Origin: the human T2T-CHM13v2.0 reference genome, Homo sapiens
Length of the DNA stretch: 64,000 nt
Reading direction: 5' to 3' (one strand)
NCBI RefSeq assembly: GCF_009914755.1
Contig: NC_060933.1
The notes below the pieces were generated by a model, which had not been told where the DNA came from, did not search any database, and worked only from the letters and a program-made list of their open reading frames with translations. Both the position numbers and the translations under genes were made by a program. Shown in pieces: positions 1-13,356 of the stretch. Each line of letters starts with the position of its first letter. Positions within the stretch are counted from its first letter, which is position 1.

Positions 1-482
1 CTCAAATGCTCATTTCTTCTCCACATCCTCTCCCCACCCTTCTCCATCCTTCTCTGCCACAGGAGACTGACTTTTATGACCATGTCAACAGGCTCCCTTG
101 CCCATTGCTTTTTGCTTGGGTTTGGCCAAGGTGAGGCACCAGCGGGAGGATGAGAAGAGAAAATGATCGAAGTGTTTTCCCCTCTGGCTGTCTCCCTGCT
201 GGGCCAAGATGAGCTGTATCTGCTTCTCTTGGAAGGCCAGGGCTCTTTTGTGTAGCCCTTTCCTATAGCTCCAGCTATGGCTCTCTCCTTTTTAAAGTAA
301 CCCTTCTTTCTCTTGCTCCTTCAGCTGTGGGAATGATAAAAGGCTCTCTGCTTTAACCAGTCCCAGAGGCTTCAGCACGCCTCACTGGTTTCTCTTAACT
401 CTGTGCACACCTTTGTAAATAGTCCCTCATGAAACTCTCCTCAATAACCTTGCATGTAGTATCTATTTGCTGCAGAGACTCT
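1..482 (+). mobile_element. ERVL LTR33-like solo LTR (5' end may lie outside window)
   Basis: Matches recalled LTR33 motifs GGCTCCCTTGCCC..GGGTTTGGCCAA and TTTGTAAATAGTCCC..AAACTCTC. Confidence 0.7.
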
Positions 483-1182
483 TCCGTTTAGAGCTGAATA
501 TTATTGTCCCTATTTTATAGATGAGAAAACCAGCCCAACAGCATGTTGAAATACTCTCGTAACTCTGGGCTTGAACTCAGATTGCAGATGCCCATCATAA
601 AACTCAGGCTCTCTCTATGAACTGTGTCTACCCCACTGCCTTCATGTTAAAAAGAGCCCATGGCCTTCAGCTGAAGTATTACACTCTGGCCTTTCACACA
701 CTCGCGCATGTGTGGGGACATGCTTTTGGAGGAGTGCCCCCTTCTTTCTATGAAGAGTCGATCCAGCTCTATCCTACCTGCCAAATGGAATCTGGGTCTT
801 TGTTTTCAATTGTTGAAGAACCTCTCCTTCTTCGGTTAAAAGAATTACTCTGAATCCCCTGTTTTTACTCAGGAATACCTCCTGAGATTTTGATATTTGT
901 AATTCTGTTAAGCGTAACTCTTAAACGCAATTATTGGAAAACAACCTTAATAAAATCTGACCCAAGGCAAGTCCTGAAATACCAGATCATAGAGGAACCT
1001 AATTAACTACTTTTTTTCCTGCTATAGAAGCCACAAAGCACATTAGAGCTGGAAATGGCCTTAAAGATTATTCAGGCTCTCAACCTAATTTTAATAACAC
1101 AGACCCTCTTAAAATTTGAAGAAGCTATAAACCCTCTCTCAAGAAAAATGTGTATTTTGTCTTGCTTGTTATCTTTCTCTCT

Positions 1183-1308
1183 CTTTTTAAAAAATAGAGA
1201 CAGGGTCTCACTATAGTTTCCTGGGCTGTTCTTGAACTCCTGGGCTTCAGCAATTCTCCTGCCCCAGTCTCTCAAGTATCTGGGACTACAGGCACACTCC
1301 ATGGCACC
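1183..1308 (-). mobile_element. FLAM (free left Alu monomer)
   Basis: Single Alu monomer AGAGACAGGGTCTCACTAT..GGGACTACAGGC with no second arm. Confidence 0.75.
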
Positions 1309-1496
1309 CTTTCTCTTTCTCATTCACGCATCCACATGTATACACACTCTTACCTTTTTTTGATTCATTGTCATTGTGAAGCCCACTCATGGGTTCCCAG
1401 ATTAATGACCCCTCTTTTAGGCAAATTCCTTTGGTTTGCAGATGAGGACGCTGATACCTACTCAGATAAAATGACTTACCCAGGGTTAGAGGTTCA

Positions 1497-1855
1497 TATT
1501 TTGATCAGATTGGGCTGTTATGCTGCAATAATAAACAACAATAATCTCAGTAGCTTAAAACAACATTTTTCCCCCTCATTCATGTAGTTTCCTCTGTGGC
1601 TTAGCATGGGGCTCTGCTCTTTGTCATCTATACTCGGTGATGCAGGGTGACAGACAAATGCCTTCTAGAATATCATCCGTCATCATGACAAAAGAAGAGA
1701 AAGCATTGCAAACCATGCACATGCACTGATTCTTTAAGCTTCTGCCTGAAAGTGACACATCACTGCTGGTCGTACTTCATTGGCCCAACTGAGTTCTATG
1801 GCCATGCTTACCTCTAGGGTGGCAGAGAAACAACTGGTGGAGAGCACAAGTGACT
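1497..1855 (-). mobile_element. MaLR LTR, MLT1K/L-like
   Basis: TATGCTGCAATAATAAACAAC..CTCAGTAGCTTAAAACAAC and GAAAGTGACACATCACT..CATTGGCC are typical of old MLT1 reverse strand. Confidence 0.65.
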
Positions 1856-1880
1856 GAGAAAGCTGGAAAAGCCAGAGTAG

Positions 1881-2234
<354 letters not shown>

Positions 2235-2753
2235 TAATTCATCTGGATGTAGCCTGTAGAAGATTTGTCATCCACTTAACAGGGTTATGTTTTTGATATA
2301 AAATTGAGGCTAACTTGGAGATTTCTATTGTTTTATTTGTAAATGCTGATTTTCTAACAGTTCATTTAAGATGCTATTGCAACAAAGGAGACCTGTCTCA
2401 TTTAGGATGGGCCATTATTGATTTTATAGAACACTCATTTTTCAAGTGAAAACCTTTCCTTTCTATTGTCTGGATTGCCCTTATTTGTCTTCGTTTCTAA
2501 TACTCATTTATTTCCCCTGGTCCTCCATAGCTTGTGGCCAATAGTGTTACCAATGCAAACACAGAGGAGTCTCTGGATTTTTTTTTTTAATTTAGCAATT
2601 GATAACAGTTGCACCTCTATTTTTATCTTCCATTATTCATTAATTTTATATTTTATTGAATACTTGCTTCTGCTATGAGGATGGTAATAAGGGTTAAATT
2701 ACAAAATTTGCCTAGCCTAGCACAAAGGAGTTGCTCAAAACATGTGATGTGGG

Positions 2754-2754
<1 letters not shown>

Positions 2755-2792
<38 letters not shown>
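2755..2792. repeat. (TG)19 microsatellite
   Basis: Direct read. Confidence 0.98.
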
Positions 2793-2795
<3 letters not shown>

Positions 2796-2814
2796 ATTTT
2801 TTATTTTGAAATCA

Positions 2815-3335
2815 ACATAGGATGATGACTAAGAGCACACACTCTGGAGTCTGGCAGGGTGGGTCAGCATCTTCATGCAACCACTTACTATAAGCCATTC
2901 GATTTTTAGATGATTTTGTCAACCTTTCTGTGCCTCAGTTTTCTCATTGGCGAGATAGGGCTAATAATGCTACCAAACTCCTGGGCTGTGGTGAAGAGTA
3001 ATTGAGATAATATATGTACAACATCTGCCACAGGATGTGGTTTGGAGAAATCAGCATGCATATTGGAAAATAGGATCGCTATTTGCCAACTGGGTAGTAT
3101 ATCGAGTAGGAAAGAATATAGGTTTTGGAATTCAGTAGACTTAAGTTCAAATCTCAGCTCTGTCATGGTGTGAATTGGAGCAAATTACTTACCTCTCTGA
3201 GCCCCAGTCTCCTCTTTGGTATCATGTGATAGTCCTCCTCACCTTGCAGGGTATTTGGAAGGACCTCATGGGAATATGACACTACAATATCTCACACGGT
3301 GCATCGCACGTTGAAAGAGTCAATAAATACTAGTT
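2815..3335 (+). mobile_element. Two tandem MIR SINEs
   Basis: MIR cores CTGTGCCTCAGTTTTCTCA (~2930) and CAAATTACTTACCTCTCTGAGCC (~3185). Confidence 0.75.
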
Positions 3336-4559
3336 CTTCTGGATGTGGTGGGGTACATGAAGATGGATAAAGGAAACAATTCCTCTCCCTTGCCTTCCAG
3401 GGGTTCATAATCTCATTGTGGAGATAAAACATATCTACAAATAACTACAGATAACCTAAAATGCTGAGTGCAGTGCAAGAGATACAGCTTATGGGCTGTG
3501 GAAGTTTGCATTAGGTGAGTTACTATAGAAGGGTCATTTGAGCTGGGCTGTTGGCTTTGGCTGAGATACTTTAATTTACAAATATCGCTTGTTTTTCTTT
3601 CTCCCTCTTTCCTCATCAACCCCTTCCTCACCTCCAAACCCGAGAATACTCTATTATGCACCACTGATAAATTTTGCCCGGAGAGGAGAAATTCATTACC
3701 CTCCCTGCCAGTGCAGTTTGCTGATGCACTCTGTTTTCTGGTTGTGATATTTACAGCAGCTCAGTTAAGATTTAATTTTCTATTATTGCCTGAACTTTGC
3801 AGCCCTCATTTTTCATTTGCTGTCTGAGAGTCATTGCTTCAGCACCCTGGAACCACTGCCGGAAAGACTTACTTAACATTCAGAATCAATGAACAAACAG
3901 GAGAAACGTTTTACCAGAGACAGGGCTTTAGTGATGTGGGGTTTAGCTTTGATTCCTAGCAATAGTTTTAGTCTATTCTTTCCACTTCCTGTGACCAACT
4001 GCATTTCTCCAACTCATTATCGCATAAGATGTCTCAGAGGTACCTGAGCCTAGGTGTTCTCTCCTGGAAATGTTACAGTCCAGGATCTTTCTGGATGTCA
4101 TTATTATTTCCTTTTAATTTTGGCCTCTGGCCTTGCTTGATAATGTGGGAACCCTAATTTTCCTTTTCCTTTTCTCAGGTCTCTTGCTGGACTTGCCACA
4201 TGACACAAAAACCTTGTCTAAAGAGATCTCAGGGCTAGCAGGCCTTTTCCCTGCCTCATTATCTGTGGATTCATTTAGTTGATGAGACAGGATTTTGATT
4301 AATGTGTTTTTCTACTCCAGAACTCACTGCTGCCTGCAAAATCCCTTCCCTTTTACCTCATGGGAGTGTTCATCAGGGATGTGGGTGTTTGGAGACTTTC
4401 TCACCCCACTGCCTTCCATCCTGTGGTCCTTCTACTGAGGCACTGGTAGACTTATGGTCATTCAGTACTTGTGACATTTTGGTACCTGCCTGCCCTCCCC
4501 AATATGCATATCAATCCCCTGGAACTGGGAGCAGCCGTTTTGTACAATTTGACTATGCC

Positions 4560-4963
4560 TTCCTAGAGACAACATTGGTAGAATGGGAGCTTAACAAAAA
4601 TAGGGACAATGAGTCTTTTCCATGAGATATTGGATTTGGGACTGAGAAAGAATTGGTCCAGTCTCTTTATGAGGCTGTAGCCACAGATGCGAAAGTAAGG
4701 GGAGTTGGATGCCATTTTTCTTCTAGGTAGAGCCAGTGTGCAGTGAGAAAAATGGAGCAGGCAAGCACAGAGGAGATGTTGAGATGGAGGATCCAGAGGG
4801 CACATGGTTCCAGCTGTTCCTAAGGCCCAGGAGTGCCTTTCTTCTTGTGGGGTTGACACTTCATTGGGTACCACAAGATATCATCAAACCTTTCCAATAA
4901 ATCTCCTCATTGGCTGTTGCAAGTTGTTTTCTGTCACAGGTAATCAAAAAGTCCTAACTGACA
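4560..4963 (+). mobile_element. MaLR LTR, MLT1J/K-like
   Basis: 3' end TTTTCTGTCACAGGTAATCAAAAAGTCCTAACTGACA resembles MLT1J/K terminus. Confidence 0.55.
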
Positions 4964-5101
4964 CAGTGTTTTGTAATTGCTGGTTTTATGCTTCTGGCAA
5001 TAGCTAACCAAGCATGAGTTTAGGTTATTATTTAGCACCCTTCTGATTGTAAAGGAAAATGTTAAAACTTCAGTGTGCTCCAAAAAGAGTCACCAAACAC
5101 A

Positions 5102-5643
5102 CACAAAAAGTTGAAATCAGGGTCTTGAAGAGATATTTGTACAGCCATCTTCCTAGCAGCACTATTGACAATAGCCAAAAGGTGGAAGCAACCCAAGTGC
5201 CCATCAATGGATGAATGGATAAACAGAATGTGGGATACACATATAATGGAATATTATTCAGTCTTAAAAAAGAAAGGAAGTTCTGGTATGTGCAACACCA
5301 TGGATGAATCTTGAGGGCATTATGCTAAATGAAATAAGCCAGTCATAAAAAGACAAACACTGTATAATTCCACTGATTATACAGTGGATTATACAGTGAT
5401 GTGAGGTACCGAGAGTAGTCAGATTAGAGACAGAAAGTACAATGGTGGTTGTCAGGGGTTGGGGGAGAAGAAAACGGAAAGTTGTCGTTCAATGTATACA
5501 CAGTTTCAGCTTTGAAACATGAAGAGTTCTGGAGATTGTTTGCATAGCAATGTGAGTGTACTTAATATTACTGAATTGTCCCCTTAAAATGATTAAGAAG
5601 GTAAAATTTATGTTATGTACATTTTACCACAACTTTTAAAAAG
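5102..5643 (+). mobile_element. L1MB-type LINE-1 3' end
   Basis: AATAGCCAAAAGGTGGAAGCAACCCAAGTG..ATGGATGAATGGATAAAC..GAAATAAGCCAGTCA..ACATTTTACCACAAC. Confidence 0.85.
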
Positions 5644-6624
5644 AATCATCAAATTCTCCAAATAACATCTTTGATTTCTGGGATGTGGAGAGAGGATGAA
5701 CGTGGGCTATGAATGAGAGGACCACATTCTATTCCTTGCTTTGAACTCAAATAAATGATTTGTCCAAGGTCACTTCTTTATACCTCATTTCACTCACATG
5801 CTCCTTTAATTCATTCACACAAGTATCTGCTATGTAGGTTCTAGGTCCTGTGCAAAATCATGGGAACACAAAGGTGAATAAGAGGGTTGTTGAGGAAACT
5901 TGCTCAAAGCAAGTAATCTCTGTGTGGATTTGGAAAGATCAACCAAGAGGATTTCACCAGGTGTGAAAGTGGAAGATGGTATTCCAGGCAGCATGCAAAG
6001 AAGTTTCAAGAATTCTGAGAACTTTTTGTTTTGAAGCCTGGGCCACAGATGGAGGCAGAAAGAGGAAAGGGTGGTTGCAGTTGGGGCTGAATTGAGAGAC
6101 AAGACTGAACTGTAAATGGGCTATCTATGGATTATTTTGGAGGTAGGCAGGGTTTCCTTCTGTGTGTTCTGTGGCCCGCTGGCCCCTTCAGAGGTTCATG
6201 AACAAATAATCTGGTTGATGGTCCATACTGTAACCCCCTTTTGGCTATGTTGAGTACCTCATTAGCATACAAAAGGTCAGAAAAATTCCTGCTGTAAAAA
6301 TCTTGACTTTGTTTAACCCAACAGTTCCTAAACTTATATGACCATTGGGTTTTTCTGTATATCATTTAGTTGCAGACCTACATTTTTAAAAAAGCTTTGG
6401 GAAAATGTGTTGGGGCTGGGGCTCTGAAACATAGGGCTTACTTAATTTTGGCTTGTCTTTTTAAAAGGAGGGAATCAAACTCTGAAATGATTTCACATTC
6501 TGTATTGTCAAGACTTTGGTCTCTTAACTGCCTTTCTCTGCTAACATTCCTAAATGGGGAGCTGCCATATGGGAGAAGGCAGAGATGTAAGGGGCATCTA
6601 TGTATATGTTCTGCTCCTAAAGAG

Positions 6625-7062
6625 TGTCCTGCTTCCTCCTACAGAATCAGGGCTCTCGGACAAGGATTTCAGGGCAAGTAATTTATTTGGGAAGTGATCC
6701 CAGGACATACTGATGGAGTATTGAGAAAGTGAAACAGGGAAGATAAAGGAGCCAATAGAAAATATATGTATCAAGCAATTTCCCACGGGGCAATGAAGTC
6801 TATTCTCTCTGGGGAGCTCTGGGAGGTAGTGTGCAATGTGTACCTCCAAGTTATTCTATCAGAGTGGCAAGGGGTCTGGGGTATTTACCCACCAGCTCCT
6901 GCCAGTGAGTGGTTGAGGGCTGCTTGGCTTAATGCTCTCACCCTTTGGGTTTGTGACCCACGTGGGCTCCAGGCAGAGGCAGGCAGGTGCTGGTCTCCTG
7001 AAGTCAGACTGACTAGTAAGGGCCAAGGGGATACAGGTGGAGCTCTGGAAGTGTCTGCTATA
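6625..7062 (-). mobile_element. ERVL LTR, LTR67B-like
   Basis: GACAAGGATTT..TTTATTTGGGAAGTGATCCCAGG..GTGTCTGCTATA matches recalled consensus. Confidence 0.6.
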
Positions 7063-8436
7063 GTTTCAAAGCTAGCGGGGCTGGAAAGAAAATTGTTACA
7101 ATGTCAATCCCTCCATTTTTTTATAGTGAATGAAGACTCATTCTGATAGTGTGGCAAGTTTCTTTTGACTACTTCAAGATTCTAGAATTTTCCCTGTATT
7201 TCCCTTCCTTTTGACACTATCCCAATGTTCTCATTTCTAATTATTTGTTAATTTAACTCTCACTTTCACTTTTCCTATTCTAAGTCCCCAATTTTTTATT
7301 TATTCAATTATTACTCCCAACAACATAAGCCCTTCTGAAGAAGCACCATTTTTCCCATCAAGTTCTTACTTGTGTTTGGACTGGCATCTCCTTCCAAATT
7401 GTCTTGAATTTTGTCTAGACAAAGACTCACTGTGCTCATGTCTCCTGGCTATCAAATAGGAGAAAATTCCATGAACCACTTTGGACTATTTCCCCAAATC
7501 TGTGCTTTTACTTCCCTCTGAGACCCCACACCAAGCTACATAAACATCTCAGTCTCAGGATTTACACTTCCATTAGTAACCAACACATGCTCAATTGTTA
7601 TCTATGTTTCATTTATTCATTCAACAAGAATTCATTGGACATCTACTACCATCTACACAAGGCACTGTTGCAAATGACTTGGGAGTGGGAGATGATAGGC
7701 AAGGAGGCTGTGGAGATAGTGGATCCAAAGCACAGATTCTGGAATCAGACAGCCTTGAGCATGAGGCTCATCTCTGCCTTGGGCAAGTCACTTTGGCTTT
7801 CTAAGGCTCAGATAACTCATCTATAAGATGAAGATAATCATACCAATTTTATGGGATTATTTAGAATATTAAAGGTTATAATGGACATATAACACTTAGT
7901 ATAGTCCCTGACACACATTAAATAATACATACATAGAATTATGTTTTGTTATTATTACAAATATAAACTGAACAAAGATGCCACCCTGAAGCTGCACTGT
8001 ATCAAGACAGAGGAACATGGACTAAATATGTATAAAGCAAGATGGAAAGTGCTAAGTGCCAAAAAGAAGTAAAGAATATTCTATGGAAGTCTGAGGAAGC
8101 ACTGAGAGGAGGAAGGAGAGAGCCAGAGGGAAGCCTGAGGAGGGTTTGATAGAAGGGCAGCGTTTGACCTGGGGTGGTTAGGATTAGCGCATACAGATGC
8201 CAGAACTAGGACACTAATTGTATTTGTGTGTTTATTTATACTGTATTATATATTGATATACCACATGCATAAATATTTATACTTGACTCGTATGAAACTA
8301 TATTCATCCAATCAATAGACATTTACTGAGTATCTACCATAGGAAGGTTATATGACTGAATAGTTATCCATTCAGTCAATAGATATTGAGTATCCACCAT
8401 AGGAAGGTTACTAGCCTAAATGCTAAGAAAACAGCA

Positions 8437-8929
8437 CAGACACCTGCAAGCATATGTTTATTGAAGCACTGTTCACAGTGGCAAAGATACGGAACCAGCC
8501 TAAGTGTTCATCCACCAATGATTGGATTTTAAAAATGTGGTCTATGTACATCACAGAATAATACTCAGCCTTAAAAAAGGAATGAATTAATGTATTTTAC
8601 AGCAAATTGGATGGAGCTGGAAGCCTTTATTCTAAGTGAAGTAAATCAGGAATGGAAAACCAAAACTCACTGATAAGTAGAAGCTAAGCTATGGGTACAC
8701 AAAGGCATACAAAATGGTATAATGGACTATGGAGACTCAGAAAGGGGGAGAGTGAGGGGGATGAAGGATAAAAAACTACGTATTTGGTACAATGTACACT
8801 ACTCGGGTGATGGGTGCACTAAAATCTCAGACTTCACCACTATACAATTCATCCACGTAATCAAAACCCACTTGTACCCCAAAAGCTACTGAAATTAAAA
8901 AATAAAAAAAGACCAGGAAAAAAAAGAAA
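8437..8929 (+). mobile_element. L1PB-type LINE-1 3' end with poly(A) and TSD
   Basis: TACAATGTACACTACTCGGGTGATGGGTGCACTAAAATCTCAGACTTCACCAC; TSD AAGAAAACAGCA at 8425-8436 and 8930-8941. Confidence 0.9.
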
Positions 8930-10439
8930 AAGAAAACAGCAATGCATAAGCACAAGCAAAATCCCAACCTTCATCAAGCTTCTAGCCCAAGGGGCAATGT
9001 TCACAATTGTTAAGAATAAAAAGATTCAGAAATAGTATGTGAAGTATGATCCTATTTTAACATATGTATGGATATATAAATGTACATATCATAAATTTGA
9101 GGCTGTGAATGCATAGTTATGTGTAAAGAGAAAGTGAGAGCTAAAGCAATAAATTTGGAGAGATAGATACAAAAGTATTAGCAGAGATTCTATTTTAGTG
9201 GTGGAATTATATTTTCTCTTTTTTATCTATATGTTCCAAATTTGGGGGCAATAAACTTGTGCTTTATGCATAATGTTAAAAAGTTGTGTATAATGTATGC
9301 AATTAAGCAACTAAGTGCTAAAAGTTAGAATTTAACAGAAATTGCAAAGAGCTTTTCTACTTTCCTTATTCCCATCTCCTAAAACAGCCATCATATTTCT
9401 AACCCCGAAGGCCTCTTGATGTTCAACTCTTTCTCCTACATCTGCTACCAACCCCATTGTTTGTGGACCATAAATCCTTTAATTTGACAAAATAAAATCT
9501 TCAGCTTGAGAGAAGTGCTTTCCCCAAAGAATGCTGTGCTCAAAATCGGAAGCTTTGGGCTTTTAGAGGGAAAAATACTCTATTGCTGCAAATGATTACT
9601 ATTTCTATTTGCTTTATAGGTTGTTAAGTGTGTAGAAGATGTTCAAATAAAGCTGGCTAGAAAGTATAATAGCTCATGGATTTTTATAATGGAAAACAAA
9701 CCCCAACTGAAATTAGGCCAGGCTCTCCCATTCACAGAGGTTTCTGATACATAAGTGTAATGCTCCTTCCTGGCCCCCAAATGCAGAGGGGATAGGTCTT
9801 GATTCACCACTGGGTGCACTGGCAGAGCCAAATTCTAGGCTGAGGTTTCGGAAAAGTTTGTTGGTCATGGCATCACTCCTGGCAAACACAAATTTATCTT
9901 TTTTCTGCTGAGGTCCCAGTTTGCTTGGCAAGACCTAGTTTATCTGGCAAAGCTAATTCATGGTGCTCCAGCTTTTCAGAACTGCCTGCCTCTTGCAAAT
10001 TGGCTGGGTGTGGTGATTTTAATAGGCTCACTGTTTAGAATATATTTTCACATTTTCTTTCATCTGTTTATTCTTTGGTTTCCTATCCCAATCATTCCTG
10101 CCTTTTCTTCTTCATTTGAATGCTGAAAGTTTTAACTGTAGTTTTGCAGTGCATGCATTTATTTCCTAAGGATTTTTTCATCCTGATTGACTGGTCACTT
10201 GTAATTATGGACCCTGCTGTCATTTTGAATACAAAGTAAGCAATTTGTCTAGCAATTTTTGTTTAAAAGGTGAAGGTCCAATGGTGGTGGATATAATTTG
10301 AGAAATGCTTTACATGAATTTGGGGCAAATGAGAAGGAGTTATTTAAATATGGAAATGAATATGCATAGATATAATTATGTCAATAAGAAACCCTCAAAA
10401 TTAAAAAAAATCTGATTCCTCATCAAGAAAACCATTTAT

Positions 10440-10940
10440 ATAATTGTTTCACTTTGTTACTTACAAGTCTTTGAAATTTTCTATTGCTCTTAGGATAAGC
10501 TTCAAGTGCATTAAAGTGGCTTGTAAGACCTGGCCCCAGTCTCTTCTCCAGCTCCCACCCTCACATTCTAATCACAACATAATCAATTTCTTTCATTTCC
10601 TCTAGAGTATTAAACTGTCTTGCCTCTGGATCTTCATGTTGTATTTTATCTTCCTGGAATGCTCTTCCTAGTCCTCCATCTGGGTAACTCTTCCTTATTT
10701 GTGAGTCTCAGCTCACAGGTGGTTTCCTCTGAGGAGCATCCCCACATCTGCTTGGTTTGGGTTAAGGTCCCCTCCTCTGTGCTGTGTCATCACAGCAGGT
10801 CGTTGCGGCTTAGTTCTCTGTCTCTTCTACCAATCTGTAAAATAGCCATGTCTTTCTGTTACCATTTTATCCTTGAACCAAGCACAGTGCCTGGCTGGCA
10901 CATAGTAGGTGCTTAATAAATATTTCTTAACTGAATGGGT
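10440..10940 (+). mobile_element. L2 LINE 3' end
   Basis: AGCACAGTGCCTGGC..CATAGTAGGTGCTTAATAAATATTT terminus preceded by pyrimidine-rich L2 body. Confidence 0.7.
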
Positions 10941-12332
10941 GCATTGGAATAATTTGTTGAGAAAAGGAATCAGGATTAAAGTGATTTTCTAGGTCCCATG
11001 CTGCCCTTGGGTGCCTGAATTATCAGGTCAATTCAGACTGAACAAATATTATTGAACACAGATATGTGCCAGCTGCTTCCACCTACCCTATTTCATTTGA
11101 TCTCTTCCTTAGCTTTCTATTTTCCAGCTGAGGACAGTCGGACCCAGCGAGGCTAAACAACTTGATCATGGCAACCCATGAATAGAAAGAACCTTGAGTT
11201 TCAGAGACCTACCTCATTGCTCTTGGACCTATATCAGGGTGCTGTCTCTTTAAACATGTACGTGCCTGTTATTCTCTGTTGCCACAGCCATCCACTAGGC
11301 TATCTTATTAGAACATAAGAACTCTTGAATTGCTGACATAAAAGTTACAACTGAGACCAAAATCAAAATGGAATCCTGGAAAGGAATTGGGGAAGGAAGC
11401 GCTGGTCTAAGAATCCAGACATTTGAGTTTTTGTCTTTCCTGTGTGACTCTGGGAAAGTTGTTTAGTCTCTGTGGGCCTTAGCTTTCTCATCTATACAAT
11501 GAGTGGGAATTATTGGATAATTTTGTAGGGGCCTTCCCACTTTAAATTTAATGATCCTTGCAAGCTGGTATGAGAGTTAAACCTTAACACTTTGAGAAAA
11601 TGCTGGAAATGTCGTATTAGGAATGACACCACAGACTGCAGCCTTATTTCAAGTTAAGTAAATCCTAGAAGTAGATGTCCACTTTTAATGGAAAAAAAAT
11701 GATGCATTTTATTTCCATACTGAATCAACTTCCTACCTTAAAATGGGATTTCTGCTATGAAAATGGCCTGACAAGTGACACTGTGGTGTGGGTACATAAA
11801 AACCAAACCCCGCAGAACTTAGATGTAAAAATTTCTGAGGACCTTCACCTGTGTGACAAAATGTAGAATATACCCCTTTAATAGATTCAGAATCAAGAGA
11901 TACATTTCTAGTAGGGCTTTTGAAGTATTGAGACCTCTCATGGAAAATGGATCTCTTTTCTCTTTTAGGAATGCTGCACATTTTTTGAGAAGTTAATTAA
12001 GAACAGCATTGTTTTCTCCTTGACAACAAATCAATGATAACATTCTAGAGTTTTATAGCACTTTTCTCCAAAGTACTTAATATATTCAATATATCCAAGT
12101 GAGAAATCCTATTTTTCTTGTTCATAAAATTGCTAATTTGTCTCAGTGACGATGTAAAGACATGTATTACCTATGGATATAGAAAGTGTTTATTTCATCT
12201 ATTGAAACTCAGAAGAAAACAAGGAATGGGTTGAACTTCAGTGTTAAATTGTGGAGAGGAGCTTCACTTGAGTTTCACAACAGCAGCAATGATATAGATT
12301 AAAGGAGCAGAGCTCATTTTGATGTTGAGTTT

Positions 12333-12698
12333 TGCTGTGGTCTGAATGTCTATGCTACCCCAAAACTCATACGTTAAAGTCCTAACCCCCAAGGTGATGG
12401 TATGAGGAGATGGGACCTTTGGGAGGTAATTAGTCATGGGGGTGGAATCTTCATGAATGGGATTAGTGCCCTTCTGAAAGAGGTTCCAGAGAGCAGCCTT
12501 GTCCCTTTCACCAGGAGAGGACACAGTGAGAAGGAAGCATCTATGAACTAGGAAGCAGGCCCTCACCAGACCCTGAATCTGCCAGCATCTTGATTTTGGA
12601 CTTCCCAGCCCCTCCAGAACTGTCAGAAATAAATTTCTACTGTTTGTAAGCCACCCAGTATGCAGTATTTTGTTGTAGCTGCCTGAACAGACAAGACA
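12333..12698 (+). mobile_element. MaLR solo LTR MLT1A0-like
   Basis: TG..CA ends, CTTTGGGAGGTAATTAGTCATG, AATAAATTTCT..TAAGCCACCCAG; degenerate 5-bp TSD AGTTT/AGCTT. Confidence 0.88.
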
Positions 12699-12936
12699 AG
12701 CTTAAATTAGACATTCAGAGTGAACAGATGTCCCATAGTGAACTCCATGGAATTCCAGGATGAGCTACAAGAGCCAGTGGAAACATAATAAGGTAGGAGA
12801 AAAAGATAATAAGCAAGAAAAAAAAGGATGCAGTCAATGCAGAAGAAAATGATGCTGAGCTACGTGACTCAGGAGAAAGTGAGATGGAAAGTATATAAGA
12901 AATTGTAAATGATAAAAAGTTATGGTGAGAGCTTGT

Positions 12937-13356
12937 TGATATCATTTGGATATCTGTACCCTCCAAATCTCATGTTGAAATGTGATCCTCAGTATTGGGG
13001 GTGGGGCTTGGTGGGAGGTATTTGGGTCATGGGAGTAGATCCCTCATGAATGGCTCCGTGCCTTCCTGCGGTAATGAGTGAGTTCTCACTCCATTAATTA
13101 CCATGAGATCTGATTGTTAAAAAATGAGTCTGGCACCTCCTCCTCTCAATTTTTCTCCCTCTCTTGCCACATGACATGCCTACTACTGCTTCATCTTCTA
13201 CCATGATTGTAAACTTCCTGAGGCCTCACCAGAATCAGATGCTGACACCATACTTCTTGCATGGTTTGCAGAACCGTGAGACCAATAATTCTCTTTACTT
13301 TGTAAATTACCCAGCCTCAGATATTCTGTCATGGCAATGCAAAATGGATTAATACA
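12937..13356 (+). mobile_element. MaLR solo LTR MSTB-like
   Basis: TGATATCATTTGGAT..CCAAATCTCATGTTGAAATGTGATCC..AAATTACCCAGCCTCAG..TAATACA. Confidence 0.88.

Noticed and set aside
4150-4180. Strong + strand splice acceptor (CCCTAAT..TTTTCTCAG|G)
   Set aside because: No convincing paired donor or coding frame; isolated signals are common
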